Shown: positions 1 through 12,855 of the stretch, one piece after another
How the letters are laid out: every line of letters begins with the position of its first letter
Position numbering within the stretch: the first letter of the stretch is position 1
Assembly (NCBI GenBank): GCA_030704615.1
Contig: CM060733.1
Span: 30,752,001 to 30,816,000 of the forward strand
DNA length: 64,000 nucleotides
Direction: 5' to 3'
Origin: Takakia lepidozioides
Lineage: Eukaryota > Plantae > Bryophyta
Position numbers and translations under genes: made by a program
Notes under the pieces: model-generated
Databases searched by the model: none
The model's input: the letters and a program-made list of their open reading frames with translations, nothing else
What the model was told of the DNA's origin: nothing

Positions 1-433
1 GTGGTCATACATGACTTCATATAAAGTCACCACCAAATATACACCATTCCAATTAGTTTATGGTATGGAAGCTTTACTTCCAGTGGAATTCCTATTGCCT
101 ACCATGAGAACGGAATGGGGAAGGAAAATGGAATTGGAGGATTCAACTAAAGTAAGGAAACATGAATTATATCATGTGGACGAAGTACGTGCTGATGCAG
201 CAGATAACATGACCATAATTCAGATGAAGAGGAAGGATCAGTTTCATGAAGGTAAATTGAAGACTTTTAAGACAGGTGATTTGGTACTATGGTTGCAGAA
301 GAAGAGAAAGATTAAAGCTTCTAAGCTTATGTCACCCTCGAAAGGATCATACAGAAGATGTATGATAACAACACAACCATGTTACAAACCATTAACAAAG
401 AGATGTTTGGTAGAGTCAATGCCAATAAATTGA
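1..433 (+). pseudogene. Ty3/Gypsy integrase C-terminal remnant
   Basis: TSYKVTTKYTPFQLVYGMEALLPVEF ... FKTGDLVL is a typical Gypsy integrase end; it degenerates after the GPY-like region. Confidence 0.8.
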
Positions 434-447
434 AGGGATACAGTGGT

Positions 448-528
448 ATGCCTTTCGGTCTTACAAATGCTCCAGCAATTTTTCAACACATGATGAATGA
501 TATCTTTCGAGAATTTTTAGATGACTAG
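448..528 (+). pseudogene. Ty3/Gypsy reverse transcriptase fragment
   Basis: Manual translation gives [26 protein letters not shown]. Confidence 0.8.
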
Positions 529-529
529 C

Positions 530-2230
530 GATAACAAAAGAAAATCCCCACTTGAGGTTTTTAGTTTTTACTTGCCCCAAGTAAGAACAACAACCACCCA
601 AGGCCTTTGTCCTTTGAAGAAAGTTGGGAAATAAGTGAGTTAGCTTGGATGGTACATCTAACACATTGCATGCTGAATTGCTTCATTGTGGTCTATAATT
701 GAGCAGCCCTCAAATGGAAATAGATCCTGAAAAATCGAGGTAGCATCTCTATATTGAAGCATGTAACCCTACTATTGATATCATGTCTCTCACAACACTA
801 GTCTTTCAACAATCCAAATGTCTGAGAGATAAGTCATTGTTGGTGGTCAGGATTTATATGATAGAACCTACCCACAAAGGGGGCAGTATCCTAGAGGGGA
901 AGAGGTTCATCTTTGCACTGACGTTGGTCGAGGCACTCACTCTCTCTAAGCCTTTGGGTTAGACTGTTCTAGTAGTGCACTTTTTTAGCTAGTTACAACA
1001 TAGCTTGTTGTCATAAGAAAGCATGTTTTTTGCTCCTCAGTAATTAGATCCCTATAAATGCAAATAGAATGGATCTGATGTTGGGGGTTTTCTCCTCATG
1101 AATCCAAAAGCATCTAGCTTTCCATATGTTCCACAAGGGAGTGGGCTCACAAACATGCCCAAACGTGACATTTGATCATAGGTAGGCCAGGGAGACAATT
1201 CAACAGAGGCAATGTTGAATTTGGGTTGATTGATAGAGCCCCCCAATTCGAATAAAATTGAAAGACATGATGCCAGACCCTACCCATTCTAGGACAAAGA
1301 TAAAGCGAGTCTTCTAATGATTCCCTATTTCCAACACATAAGGAGCACGAAGCATCATTATCTAGATAGAGGGATTCTATTGAGAGTAGTTGCGATGAAG
1401 CAGAGGAACATAAAAGGAGGGAGCTGAGACTTGATTGTGAGCCAAGACTGATAACATCTCGGTCCCATCAAAGAAGAGATCATGAGGGGAGCAGGCAGAA
1501 AATCCCATTGATCCCAAATGGAGCCCACGTGAGTGAATCCAGCTGCTTCCCAAACAGCCCATTTGGGTTTGAGAAATAACAAGGATTCAGAATCCAAATT
1601 ATAATTTCCAAATAGGGGTTGGCGACTGCATTCCTCAAAGGAAGTAGGCATGGTAATTTGGGTGCACCAAGCTTTCCATATAGAATTCCAAGGTCTAGAA
1701 CGATTGTCAGCCTGCTGGCATGAATCTTAGAAATCCATCTAAGAGAGGGAGCCCATAACGGAGAGGACGTGGGGCTGGCACCTATTAGGGCCGCTTTACA
1801 CTAGGGCCCAAGCCCAAGACCAAGTGATAATGGAGCATTCCCATTGGCGGAGGCCTGAAAATTGGGCCCAACGGCTTTACACTACGGCCCAAGCCCAAGA
1901 AAATGGAAGTGGGTTATTTGCCTACATGGCACCTACATGGCACAAGTTTTGGTGGCACCACCTTCTTGGGTCGGACCAAGAAAAAGGAACCTTCCTAGAA
2001 TGGAGACCCAACTCTCAGCTCCTGGTCCCAAGAAGTTTGGTGTTAAAATAGACTTTTTTAATGCAATCATGACCGTTGAAGCTGGTCCAAGAGTGGTAGA
2101 AATTGGGCCCAGGATTTCTTGGGCCCTAGTGTAAAGCGGCCCTAAGTAGGGCTGAACAAGTCTGCTGACTTGTGGGGGGGTATGTTTTCCACCTCAGGGC
2201 AGTGTAGGCTGGGGTAGGTGTTTCCTTGGA
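530..2230 (-). mobile_element. Highly decayed L1-like LINE ORF2 C-terminal remnant, interrupted by a MITE
   Basis: RQPLFGN...WAVWEAAGFTHVGSIWD, PWNSIWKAW and WAPSLRWI parallel the C-terminal region of the adjacent L1; boundaries approximate. Confidence 0.55.
1788..2142. mobile_element. 355-bp MITE, probably PIF/Harbinger (Tourist-like)
   Basis: Perfect 25-bp TIR GGGCCGCTTTACACTAGGGCCCAAG (1788-1812 / 2118-2142), flanked by TTA and TAA; internal GGGCCCAA repeats. Confidence 0.85.
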
Positions 2231-2319
2231 AACTTAAAAAATAATAATAATAATAATATATATATATATTCATAACCCTATTTTTATTTAAATCTGGTAT
2301 CCACAAATAAGGACACCCA

Positions 2320-5300
2320 ATTTTTATTTTATTTTATTTTATTTAAATGAATCCCTGGTTACTTTATTGATAATTATTGTGGGGAAAAAAATTAAAACCC
2401 CGTTGTCGCCATAAGGCACACACACCGTATTTAGTGTATTAAGAGCCAATCATCTCCTGATGGAGATTAAGTCTGGAGAACAAAATACCGTGCCACTACT
2501 GATGGACATTTACACAAAGATCCGTGATCCAGGAGCCAAACACCTCCGGTTGGAGGAAAGTCCAAGAGACCAAAAAACAGGGCTCTTTGCCCGAGACCTA
2601 AATCTTAACAATGCATACCCTACCCTGTCTACGATGACGCAGGGAGAGCGATGTCGGGAGAGAGTAAGAAGATCTTTGAATAAGGGGGGGCTGAGAGAGA
2701 GATCTATCTATAGTGCAGCTTAGAAGCAGTCGATGAAGGTTTCTGATGTTTCCAGTTAATGTCCCGTTCAAACTCCAGGGAAAGAGTGGAGTGGTGCACG
2801 AAGATCTCGCCAGGCTTGAGGGGGGAGCTCGTTCCAGCTGCATTGGTCTTGCACAGGGCTGCTGCATATGAGGCCTTGTCTGCCCCAGGTGTGTTGAAAC
2901 TTCCTGTGGAGCGCAGCTGCATTCGTGGCGTCACGTTCAATATCTACACAGAGTTTCCCCCATGCTTTCCTAGCCTCAGTTTGTAAGTCCCAAAATACAG
3001 TGGCAAGGAGAGAGGATGTTGTTGTTGTGTGGCCTTGGAAAGTGTTCTTACAACGTAGTTTCCATAAGTGCCACATCGTAGAGGCTCTGAGGGTTTCAAA
3101 CACTGGGCAATTTAGGGTTCTATTCTTGGAAGCTGGGTCATAGTTAAGAAGGAGGTCTGTATCCGTGAGCTGTCTTTTGTCCCAATATCTATAGAATGAC
3201 TTAACATATGGCCAGATTTTGGCTGGTTCTTGACATGAGAGAAGGCAATGTTCGATGGATTCCAATATTGCAATGGAACAACAAGCACACAAGAGGGCTC
3301 CCTGGAGCTGTAGGCATTCCCCCACTTTGAGAACTCTATTAACAACCTGCCAAAGGAAAGCTGCTATCTTTGATGGCCGGGTTTTGATCCACACTGAGCC
3401 CCAAATGATTTTCCAGTTTTCATCGCGGAAGTTGTAGAGCCCCCATTTTGATTCCCATTTCTTGTTCATGGGTTGGGTGATTGACAGGGCTTTGTAGCCC
3501 TTTTTTGTTGTGTATGCAAAAAAGGGTTATGGGGTGGTGTTGAATTTCCATAACCATTCGGAAGGGTCAATATCCAATTCTGCCAGTGGCCTACCCAAAA
3601 TCCATACAAAGGAGTTGGTTTGGTAGCCAAGCTCTAGTGGTGATAGTGAGGGGTGGCTGGGGATTCATACCCTTATCTGTGGCTGTCCAGCAGCAGACAC
3701 AGATTGGGGTGAGAGGCATATTTTGGATTGTCAAAGGTTCTGTAGAGGTAAGTGTGAGTCTTAGGGAGGTGGTGTTGATGGCGAATGTGAAAACAGCTAT
3801 GTCATTTATGGATATGTCATCTACAAAAACAATGGTAAGCTGGTTGTGAAGTATGATGAGTGCCCAGGATTTTGGGACTTGTTCCGGAGGGCCTGCGGAA
3901 AGGGTGGCCAACCACTGCACTGGTACAGATTGAAGAAGTTGTTGGTGGCCTTTTGTGGCCCTTGCTAGGCCTACAGCTTGAGCCATAGATTGTAGAGATA
4001 TGAAACCAATCCCTGACCATATGTTATGAATTTGTCTGATGCCAAGGCAGTCCCATTCGGACCACCTTTTTGCCTGATTTTTCTGAGAAGGGGTCAGAGG
4101 AGTGTCGTTTAGAAACAAGTGTTGTCTCTTAACTTCATAGAAGGTACTTGGCTGGGCTTTTACAAGCAGTTTCCTTAGCCGCCCCTAGCCTGACCAGATG
4201 TTAGACCATAGAGCGGATCCCACTGTCTTCAGATTAAATCCTTGAGTGAGCCAACGTAGGGAGGAGCTCCATGGGGTAGTCTTGAGAGGGGAGGATTTTG
4301 TAATGTGGTCATAAACCAAGAATTTCCACCATCCCCCCTCCGGCCCTAGAAACCTGGGTATCCATTTGCCAAGAAAAGCTACAATCTGTGTTTCTGGATC
4401 GAGTATCCCTAACCCCCCTTTTTTTTTGGGTAAACAGATTTGGGCCCAGGCTACAAGCAGTCATTTGTTTTGGGATGAGGTCTCGGCTCCCCAGACAAAG
4501 TTCCTAAGCAGGCGCTTGATTTCCTGAATCTGTTTAGAGCGTGGGCGCCAGGAAGAAGCATAATACCATAATCCAGCTGAATGAATCTGATTAGCAACAA
4601 GGGCTCTACCTGTAATTGAGAGATGTTTTGAACCCCAGTAAGTCAGTTTCCTCTTCAAGTTGGTCATTGTGGCAGCAAAAATCTGTTGGTCTGTCTGACC
4701 AATTCCATATGTGTAGCCCAATAGTGTGGTGGTCTCCCCATGTTTGAGCCACCTTAGCCCTTGATCCATTCCCCATGCGGGCGGGGATCCCATTGTGGAT
4801 TTTGAGAGGTTCCCTACCAGCAAACCTGAAGTCTTATTCCAGTTTACTTTGAATCCAGATGCTGCACAAAACTTGTTCAAGGTAAACCCTGCCTGGTCCA
4901 AGTTTTCCGGGGTGGCTTGCAGCATTAAAAAGGTATCATCAACAAACATCGAGTCCACCAAGAAATTGTACTACCTGGTAATGTAGTTAGTGACCCTGAG
5001 GCCCTTTATAAACTGATTTTGCTGTAGCATGTAGCCGAGTGTATCTGCCACCACCAGAAACAGGAAAGGTGAGAGGGGGCACCCTTGCCTCACTAAGCGC
5101 TGCAGAGGGAACGAAGATGATAAATGGCCATTGATTGAGACTCTACTAGATGCATCGGTGAGTAATATCTTGACCCATTTGCAAAAGGATTGGGAAAAAC
5201 CCAATTTGGCCCTGGGGCTGCCAGCAGGTATGACCATTCAACACGATCGAAAGCCTTCCTCAAAGTCTAAAAGGAGGAGGGCAATAGCTTGGTCTGTTCT

Positions 5301-6146
5301 AGCCGCGAAGTCTGGAATTTCCTGGGCTAGAAGGAGGTTATCCAATATGTATCTACCCTTGATAAACCCTGTTTGTTTTGGCCTAATTATAGTTGGGAGT
5401 AGAGGTTGCAATCTAAGGGCCAGTGCCTTCGCCACTATCTTGTAGGCTACATTGAGGAGGGTTATGGGCCGACAATTCGATATGTTTGTTCTATCACCTT
5501 TTTATAGAGTAAGGTTATAACTCCTTGTGTCATAATTGTGGGCATGTGTCCCCGTTGAAACACGTGGTTTGCCATTGCAGTGAAATTCCTGGAGATTTCT
5601 GGCCACAATGCTTTGCAAAATTCCACCGATAAACCGTCTATGCCTGGGGTTCTGAAGTTTCGATAATGCTTCACCCAGCTCTATATATGTGAACTCACCT
5701 TCTAATTGGGAGGCGAACTGGTGGGACAATAGGGTAGGGGTGTGTAACAAACAAGATGTTTGTTCTTCTGTTGGTTGCAGGGAGTCGAGGTCACTATGAA
5801 AAAGATTATGGAAGTGCCTGCCAGCCAGCATGGCCATGGCCTTTGGTGTAGAAGTTGAAGTGCCTGATGGCTGTTCAATGAGCTCAGAAATTGTTTGTGA
5901 GGCACGTCTCAATCTTGTTCTGTCGAAAAAATATTTATTCATTTTTTCTCTTTTTGTGGACCTGCAATTTCCACTTCCTCTCCTGGATTTTGTGATGAAT
6001 GTCAAGGTTGTTTCTGGCTTGGACATATGTACGGTATGTGTCTTCATCACAGCGAGTGGATTCTATTTTCGATTGACAAACTTTGAGGCATTTGTTTAAG
6101 GCTATGACCTTCCTCTTCCTGATGCTTGCTAGTTCCTGACTCATCC
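2320..6146 (-). mobile_element. 5'-truncated L1-clade LINE with disrupted ORF2 (RT, zf-RVT) and 3' UTR with (AAAAT)n tail
   Basis: TPGIDGLSVEF, QTGFIKGRYILDN, VRQGCPLSPFLF, MFVDD, C-x-C..ESIEHCLLSC and MWHLWKLRC; several frameshifts; A-rich tail at 2320-2345. Confidence 0.9.
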
Positions 6147-6502
6147 TCTGGTGATTCTGATAATCATGTCACTCTGTCCGTGATGTGATTGCACTTACGT
6201 GACTCGTACCATCTGTATCTACTGCAGCCCACGTTACTCTATCTTGACTGAGCATCCACACTTTTCCCCATGTATAATCACCTGTGTGCACTATACGCAC
6301 GGCCAAGTCTCCTGGCAGATGGTAGTTTGGATCCTGCGGGTCAAATTTAGTAGTTCTATATTAGCAAACCCAACAATCCTGATTACGAGATCACCCATTT
6401 GAGGTGATGCTCAGATAGTTTTCTCTGGCATTCCATCTTGTTGAACTTGAAATTTGCTGATGAGAAGCCAGCCCGTTTGCTTTGTTGGTCCGTGAACGAC
6501 CT

Positions 6503-6514
6503 GCTCTGATACCA
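6503..6514 (-). promoter_or_regulatory. Primer binding site complementary to initiator tRNA-Met (TGGTATCAGAGC)
   Basis: + strand gctctgatacca immediately abuts the LTR-like repeat. Confidence 0.85.
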
Positions 6515-7571
6515 AAAATAGAGGACCTACCCAGACATCAACTTGATCAACCGTTAGTATTTTGTCTATCCTAGGCTGCAGCAGAGGAGAAAACCAAGAA
6601 TAGACAGTAAAATTTGTGCATGAAACTTATTGTATTATAGACTTGTTGATTTTGCCCAAGCACAGTAGGAAATATCATCCCTTTGGAGTTCATATGTCGT
6701 ATCGTTTCTTGCACTTCAATATCCTGGCATTCCATTTGTTGAAGAACGTTCAATGAGTGCCACTTAGTTAGTCTTGACCTGAAGAGATCAGTTATCATCT
6801 ATTGATGCTTGGGTCAGGACTAATGCATTTCTTAATACATGACAGGCAAGGGAGTTATCTCTGGAAAGCTTCAGCTCTACTAATTGTATGAGGTATGTGA
6901 ACTATTTGCAATTTTACTTGCTTCATGGATCATACTTCTCTCCACTAGGCATTGTTATTGCATATAATTTTCTGATCTTAATATCAGTAAGGAGTTAGTC
7001 CATTAATCAGGGATCAAATCAGATTACTCTATGTGATCTCTATGTCTCTATAGTAAACCGGTTGATATAATACTAGTCTAGCTAATTGTTAAATCCATTT
7101 ATCTATGCTGGAAACACTTGCATATGATCTGATGGTATTACATATTCTAAGTACAAACAGCCCTGCGTTAGTGAAGAAATAGATCCTAATTCTATAATCA
7201 GTCTAGTACATGGTGAAGCAAATAAGTAACAAAGCTTTCTCCCATGATCATAAGACTCAAAAGGCATAGATTGAAATCAGCACTAAATTTTTTTCAACCG
7301 AACAAGCCTAATACATCAGCCTACTCGCTGGTTATGAAAACAACAAGGCACACTACATGTTTACACTCCTCTCTTCTCAATCCACTCCAAGTATCATATA
7401 TAAAACTGGTACTATCTTCTTCCTAGAGCTCTCATTTATACGTGCTCGCTCTCCTTCTTCAGCACACAACACCACTGACTGCCCACATGGGCTCATAATA
7501 TACTACAAACAGAGAATTGAAATCAGATTCTTCATCGTGGAATGTCACGACAAGGCCGGGTATTATCCCCC
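6515..7571 (-). repeat. LTR-like repeat copy 1 (5' LTR followed by PBS and a short internal stub at 6147-6502)
   Basis: Near-identical inverted copy at 10656-11720; TATA-like TATAAAT; adjacent PBS. Confidence 0.75.
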
Positions 7572-8092
7572 TTTGCCTTATCCCCACCTAAACATAAAAT
7601 TGCGGCTACATTAATTTCATCCTCATCTCCTCGATCTTAGTTTGGTCTCAGACCATCCCTTTGCCCATACGGTGCGCCGATCATAACTTAATTCGCCATT
7701 TTTAGGATTCAAATAGTCAACCTGCCAATTAAATTCCTTTGTCAAATTTTCATCCATGATTTCACTATTCATCCCCTACTTCCATCCATTGACAAATAGA
7801 TGAATGTATTTCAAGATTTTGTTTTCATCCTCTTCTCCATCCGTTGTATGAATTTCACTTGTTTCTCCATCTGTTCTCCATTTTCATCCATCACTGACAA
7901 TTTGAATGAAAAACACTGATCATCCTGCATCCATCCCTTTATCCTAAATTCTCGCTGCATCATCTTTATACTTAGCCAATTTCGCTTTCCAGGTCCCGCT
8001 CCATGCCATCGTTCACTGCTTGTTGCTTTGCTCCCGCCATTGTTTTCTATCACTTGCTTTCGCCTTGTTTTGGCAAACTTATGTCACAGAAT

Positions 8093-8647
8093 CTAGAAGC
8101 CACAAGCTGGATCTCCATGACGTTTATAAGATTCAAATGTCTTTTGTTTGGCAATGTTTAGAATGTCATACATTTTTAGAAAATCGTCTCTCGTAGATGC
8201 ACCTTCTGCCTCGTTTTTCTCTTGCCAATGTCGCTTGTGTTCATCCAAAATTGCACGAGGAGTGGTTCCACAATCAAGTTTTTTCCCTATCCATTCCTTC
8301 AATTCTTCCGATATGAAGGGAGCAAATTGAGAACGACGATCAATGGATTCTGGGTCCAAATTTCCATGACAAGGTTTACCCATAGCGTCCGTGTGTTGCA
8401 TATGATAATAAGCCAATTGTGCAACATCGGGATATAAACATAATTGTTTCACTGAAAACATGCATAAACAACCTCGACATGTTGTTTCTCCGTGTCCCAC
8501 CTTGTCTCGTCTTTTTTTCTTGATTTTACGGCCTAACGTTGTTGACACTTGAAGTGTCATAGATGGTGGCGGTGGTGAAGCAATCGGCTCATTTGGATTG
8601 GGACGATCATCCTCTGGACCCCATCCACAATGGTACCTATAATACAA
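8093..8647 (-). pseudogene. MULE (SWIM-type) transposase N-terminal fragment
   Basis: YHCGWGPED, RGCLCMFSVK, HTDAMGKPCHG, APFISEELKEWI and RDDFL; homologous to 41500-41900. Confidence 0.75.
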
Positions 8648-9059
8648 TATTACACTTCAATCACATCAATATGTATTCTATACATAACTATATTTTAATC
8701 TGACAAATATGCATTTAGTAAAATCTACCATTTATATCAGAGGGTTATGTAATGTTCTAATGGATTTTATATCTGAAGAAGTTCTTTCCGTAAGGTTGTT
8801 TTGGGAAACCCTAGTTTTCCTAACAACATACATTTCTTCTATGGAAAGCACCATTTTTTGTCCACAACTAATTACGTGACAAAACAAAGTAGCAGATGAT
8901 ATTACATGCAATGTAATGTAAATAAGATTGCATGCTAAACATATAGAGATAATTTGAAGTAACATGTAAGAAGAAAACACACCATTTGTGTGTAATGTAA
9001 CTTTGAATTGTTGCATTTTGTGGCGGCTTTTGCTTTCGTGTCTTGATCAAATACTAATT

Positions 9060-10655
9060 TGGCCCTAAATTTTTGCCATTTTGGCTACGCCATGGGGAAT
9101 CCACACTACGATGCCATAGCTAGACGCGGTGAGGCTCAACTCGAGAAAGATGAGTCCACCGCGATCTGCCGTGAAGATAATAACGTCAGGTGCCCAAACA
9201 TATATTGGCCCCTGGATGACACTTGGGTCAATCCCAAATGTCAATCTATAAAAGCTAGCTATTTCCTAGCTAACTTCACACTAGTGGTAAAATAACTTAA
9301 CAGTTGTCGTGCGCATACATAACTACATCGCTCACCACTAGTACACCATTAGGCTGCCACTAGACAACCACTAGTCACCACTAGTGCAGCCACTAGTCCA
9401 ACACTAGTGTAGCCACTAGTCCAACCACTAGGCTGCCACTAGCCACCACTAGTGCAGCCACTAGTCCATCACAATCGCCCCCCTAGCTGGCGCTTAGGTC
9501 CCTCTAAGTCCAGGTAGCCACAAGATGTGATAGTGGCCATAGCCTCACTAAGTTCTCCACCACTGTCCCTACTACACTCAAACTCAATAGATCAAGAGGT
9601 CAGGTACAAGAGTTGCCCCATCGTTAGTCGCCGTCTTGCAACATGTGAACTTGAGCCTGAGATCTCGAGTATTAACTCCTATAAGCTTGGCCTCCCATGT
9701 CTTGTTAGCTACCACTAGTCATATCCACTGCCACTATCCCAAGCAGTGTGGACAAAACCAATCTCCATCAGGAACCCTCTCAAGAGGTGGTGTCAAGCAT
9801 CCCATGTCCCAATCTCTTGAGCATCGATCACACACCAACATAATGGCGGCACCACGAGCATGGCCAAACTCCTCATGGGCATGCCGCAGTAACCGTGCAC
9901 GCTGTGTTGGGTGAGGCACGATCCTCACCCGACCATCCTCCTACACTCGAAGCAGGTGTATCCCCTCCCACTTGAACCTCTTGGCTCGTTGCATGATCCG
10001 ATCTCTCTCCTTGGTAGTCACACTAGCTGCCGTGTCTCAAGTGCAGAGGTAACCCAACACAAATGAATCCTCATATATATATCTCTGGCACCACCTGGCT
10101 CATCACTAGCCTCAGGGTCCTCAAACACTCCGTCTACAGTCATCCCTGTTGTAGGTCCAACCTGACCTCCCGATGCCAAGATACACAAAATGGCAGATGC
10201 ATGTCATCCCGACACCATCTCCTCGTCCGTCTCACCATGCCACCGAGCTCCAGTGTCATCCTGCTGGCTCGTGCATGGATTGCGACTCAATCTATCCGCA
10301 TCCCTATTGACCAAACCCGGTCGATGCACCACCTGAAAATGTCTCATATGCTCCTCTACCGTAGCACTAAAGATGATGATGTCATCTATGTAACACTGAG
10401 CAAAGTCCACCCCTTCTAGAATCCTGTCCATGACTCTTTGGAACTCTACAAGAGCGTTCTTAAGCCCGAATGGTAAGAACTGCCACTAATATAGGCAATC
10501 CTTCTCGTGCTCATTGATCCCCCAGAATGTCGTCTTCTGCTTGACCGCCTCATTGATCGGCAACTGGTGATATCCGGACCGCAAGTCCAAAGTGCTAAAG
10601 ACCTTGGCATGCCCGATGGCATCAAAGATCTCTTCTGGTGTGACTTATCAGACTT
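9060..10655 (-). mobile_element. Internally deleted Ty3/Gypsy element: RT, RNase H end, integrase HH, PHD finger, PPT, 3' LTR
   Basis: FSTLDLRSGYHQ, PFGLKNA, CYIDDII, HRPGLVNRDAD, LLRHAHEEFGH and the PHD finger CDRC..GCLTPPLERVPDGDWFCPHC; PPT AGGGGGGCGAT then LTR start TGTGATGG at 9473; left end approximate. Confidence 0.8.
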
Positions 10656-11720
10656 GGGGGATAATACCCGGCCTTGTCGTGACATTCCACGATGAAGAAT
10701 CTGATTTAAATTCTCTGTTTGTAGTATATTATAAGCCCATGTGGGCAGTTAGTGGTATTGTGTGGTGAAGAAGGAGAATGAGCACGTATAAATGAGAGCT
10801 CTAGGAAGAAGATAGTACCAGTTTTACATATGATACTTGGAGTGGATTGAGAAGAGAGGAGTGTAAACATGTAGTGTGCCTTGTTGTTATCATAACCAGC
10901 GAGTAGGTTGGTGTATCAGGCCTGTTCGGCTGAAAAAAATATAGTGCTGATTTCAATCTATGCCTTTTGAGTCTTATGATTATGGGAGAAAGCTTTGTTA
11001 CTTATTTGCTTCACCATGTACTAGACTGATCATAGAATTAGGATCTATTTCTTCATTAACACTAAGGATAAGGGCTGTTTGTACTTAGAATATGTAATAC
11101 CATCAGATCATATGGCAGTGGTTTCCAGCATGCATAAATGGATTTAACAATTAGCTAGACTAGTATATATCAACCGATTTACTATAGAGGCATAGAGATC
11201 ACATAGAGTAATCTGATTTGATCCCTGATTAATGGACTAACTCCTTACTGATATTAAGATCAGAAAATTATATGCAATAACAATGCCTAGTGGAGAGAAG
11301 TATGATCCATGAAGCAAGTAAAATTGCAAATAGTTCACATACCTCATACAATTAGTAGAGCTGAAGCTTTCCAGAGATAACTCCCTTGCCTGTCATGTAT
11401 TAAGAAATGCATTAGTCCTGACCCAAACATCAGTAGATGATAACTGATCTCTTCAGGTCAAGACTAATTAAGTGGCACTCATTGAACGTTCTTCAACAAA
11501 TGGAATGCCAAGATATTGAAGTGCAGGAAACAATATGACATATGAACTCCAAAGGGATGATATTTCCTACTGTGCTTGGGCAAAATCAACAAGTCTAGAA
11601 TACAATAAGTTTTATGCACAAATTTTACTGTTTATTCTTGGTTTTCTCTTCCGCTGCAGCCTAGGATAGACAGAGTACTAACGGTTGATCAAGTTGATGT
11701 CTGGGTAGGTCCTCTATTTT
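10656..11720 (+). repeat. LTR-like repeat copy 2 (solo-LTR-like)
   Basis: Reverse complement of 6515-7571; flanks GACTT / TACTT may be a 5-bp TSD with one mismatch. Confidence 0.75.
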
Positions 11721-12855
11721 TACTTACACACTCTCGTCTCATATAGATAAAAAATGGTCGAAATATCATACATGATAAGTGCTTGGCATTTATTCAGTAA
11801 CCACATCATTCATCAAGAACGATTGCAGTTATGGAGATATCCTTGAAGAAGTATGTTTTTTTTTTAATGCACCAGCACTCAATGTCATTCACGACACAAG
11901 TGGCCTATTAAAACTAAGATAATCTGAGTGGATTTTAGCCCAACATCCAAGTTTTTTTTTGCCAGTTTCCTTTTTGAGAGATTGAGGTGTAATCTAAGGA
12001 CTTCTGGACAAAACAACACTACTGAAAACTATCTTCATCAGCCATTGGCTTAGATCTGAACCAGAAAAGCAGTTGGGGATGGGTGACATTGAGTATTGAC
12101 AATCTCCCTTTTTAATATTCACTCCATCAACCACTTGAGTGGTTGGTGATCCGTGACAAGGGTGAAGAGATTGCCGTATAGATAGGGTCAACATTGTATT
12201 TAAGTCCTAAATTTTGAAAGCTGGAAACAACAGCTTTTGTGGTCCCTGATGTGTCATATTTGGTGGACTGGTGTGATTCTGTCACCTGCTAGCAGTCTAT
12301 CTGAATGAACATCTCTAGTTTCTTGCAATCATTAGAAGGGGTCTGTTGTTGTTTAAGTTTGTCCATTTGTTTCTGCAGAATTGACCTCAGCAAAAATCTA
12401 GTAATCATTATTCCCTTCCCCCAACATGATAGTTACAACTCGTTCTCAAACAAACTGAAATAGACTTGGCCATATAGAAAATCAGTAGTACAATTCTTGC
12501 CACATGCATTATCTTACTCTGCTAGCCAGAGACTTTATAGTGTGTCCTCTCTTCACACTATGCCCAGCAGCCAGAGTTGGTAACACTTAGTCACGATAGA
12601 CAAATACGGTAGCTATTCAAGAATTGGATGTTCAGATATGACATGAAAACCAGTCCTTAAATCAACTTAATCATGTGTAATGCATAACAACTATGGCAAT
12701 TTTAGACTAGATTTTGCATTCTTGCAGATGTAAAACTGATGACCAGCTCTGGGGAGAGTCAATGATGCATCAGCCAGTAACCACAATGTGTACATCTCTT
12801 ACAGTGAAGAGCAACCCATAACAGTTCCCAAGGGAGAGCCCTAGAGTAGGGGAGG

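Noticed and set aside
9335-9473. CCACTAG arrays, and the 68-bp repeat at 14622-14860, as CRISPR-like arrays
   Set aside because: No unique spacers, degenerate tandem units, eukaryotic TE context.
6515-11720. Inverted 1-kb repeats as TIRs of a MULE enclosing the 8093-8647 transposase fragment
   Set aside because: No TSD at the outer ends, and one copy abuts a tRNA-Met PBS, which points to a retroelement origin.
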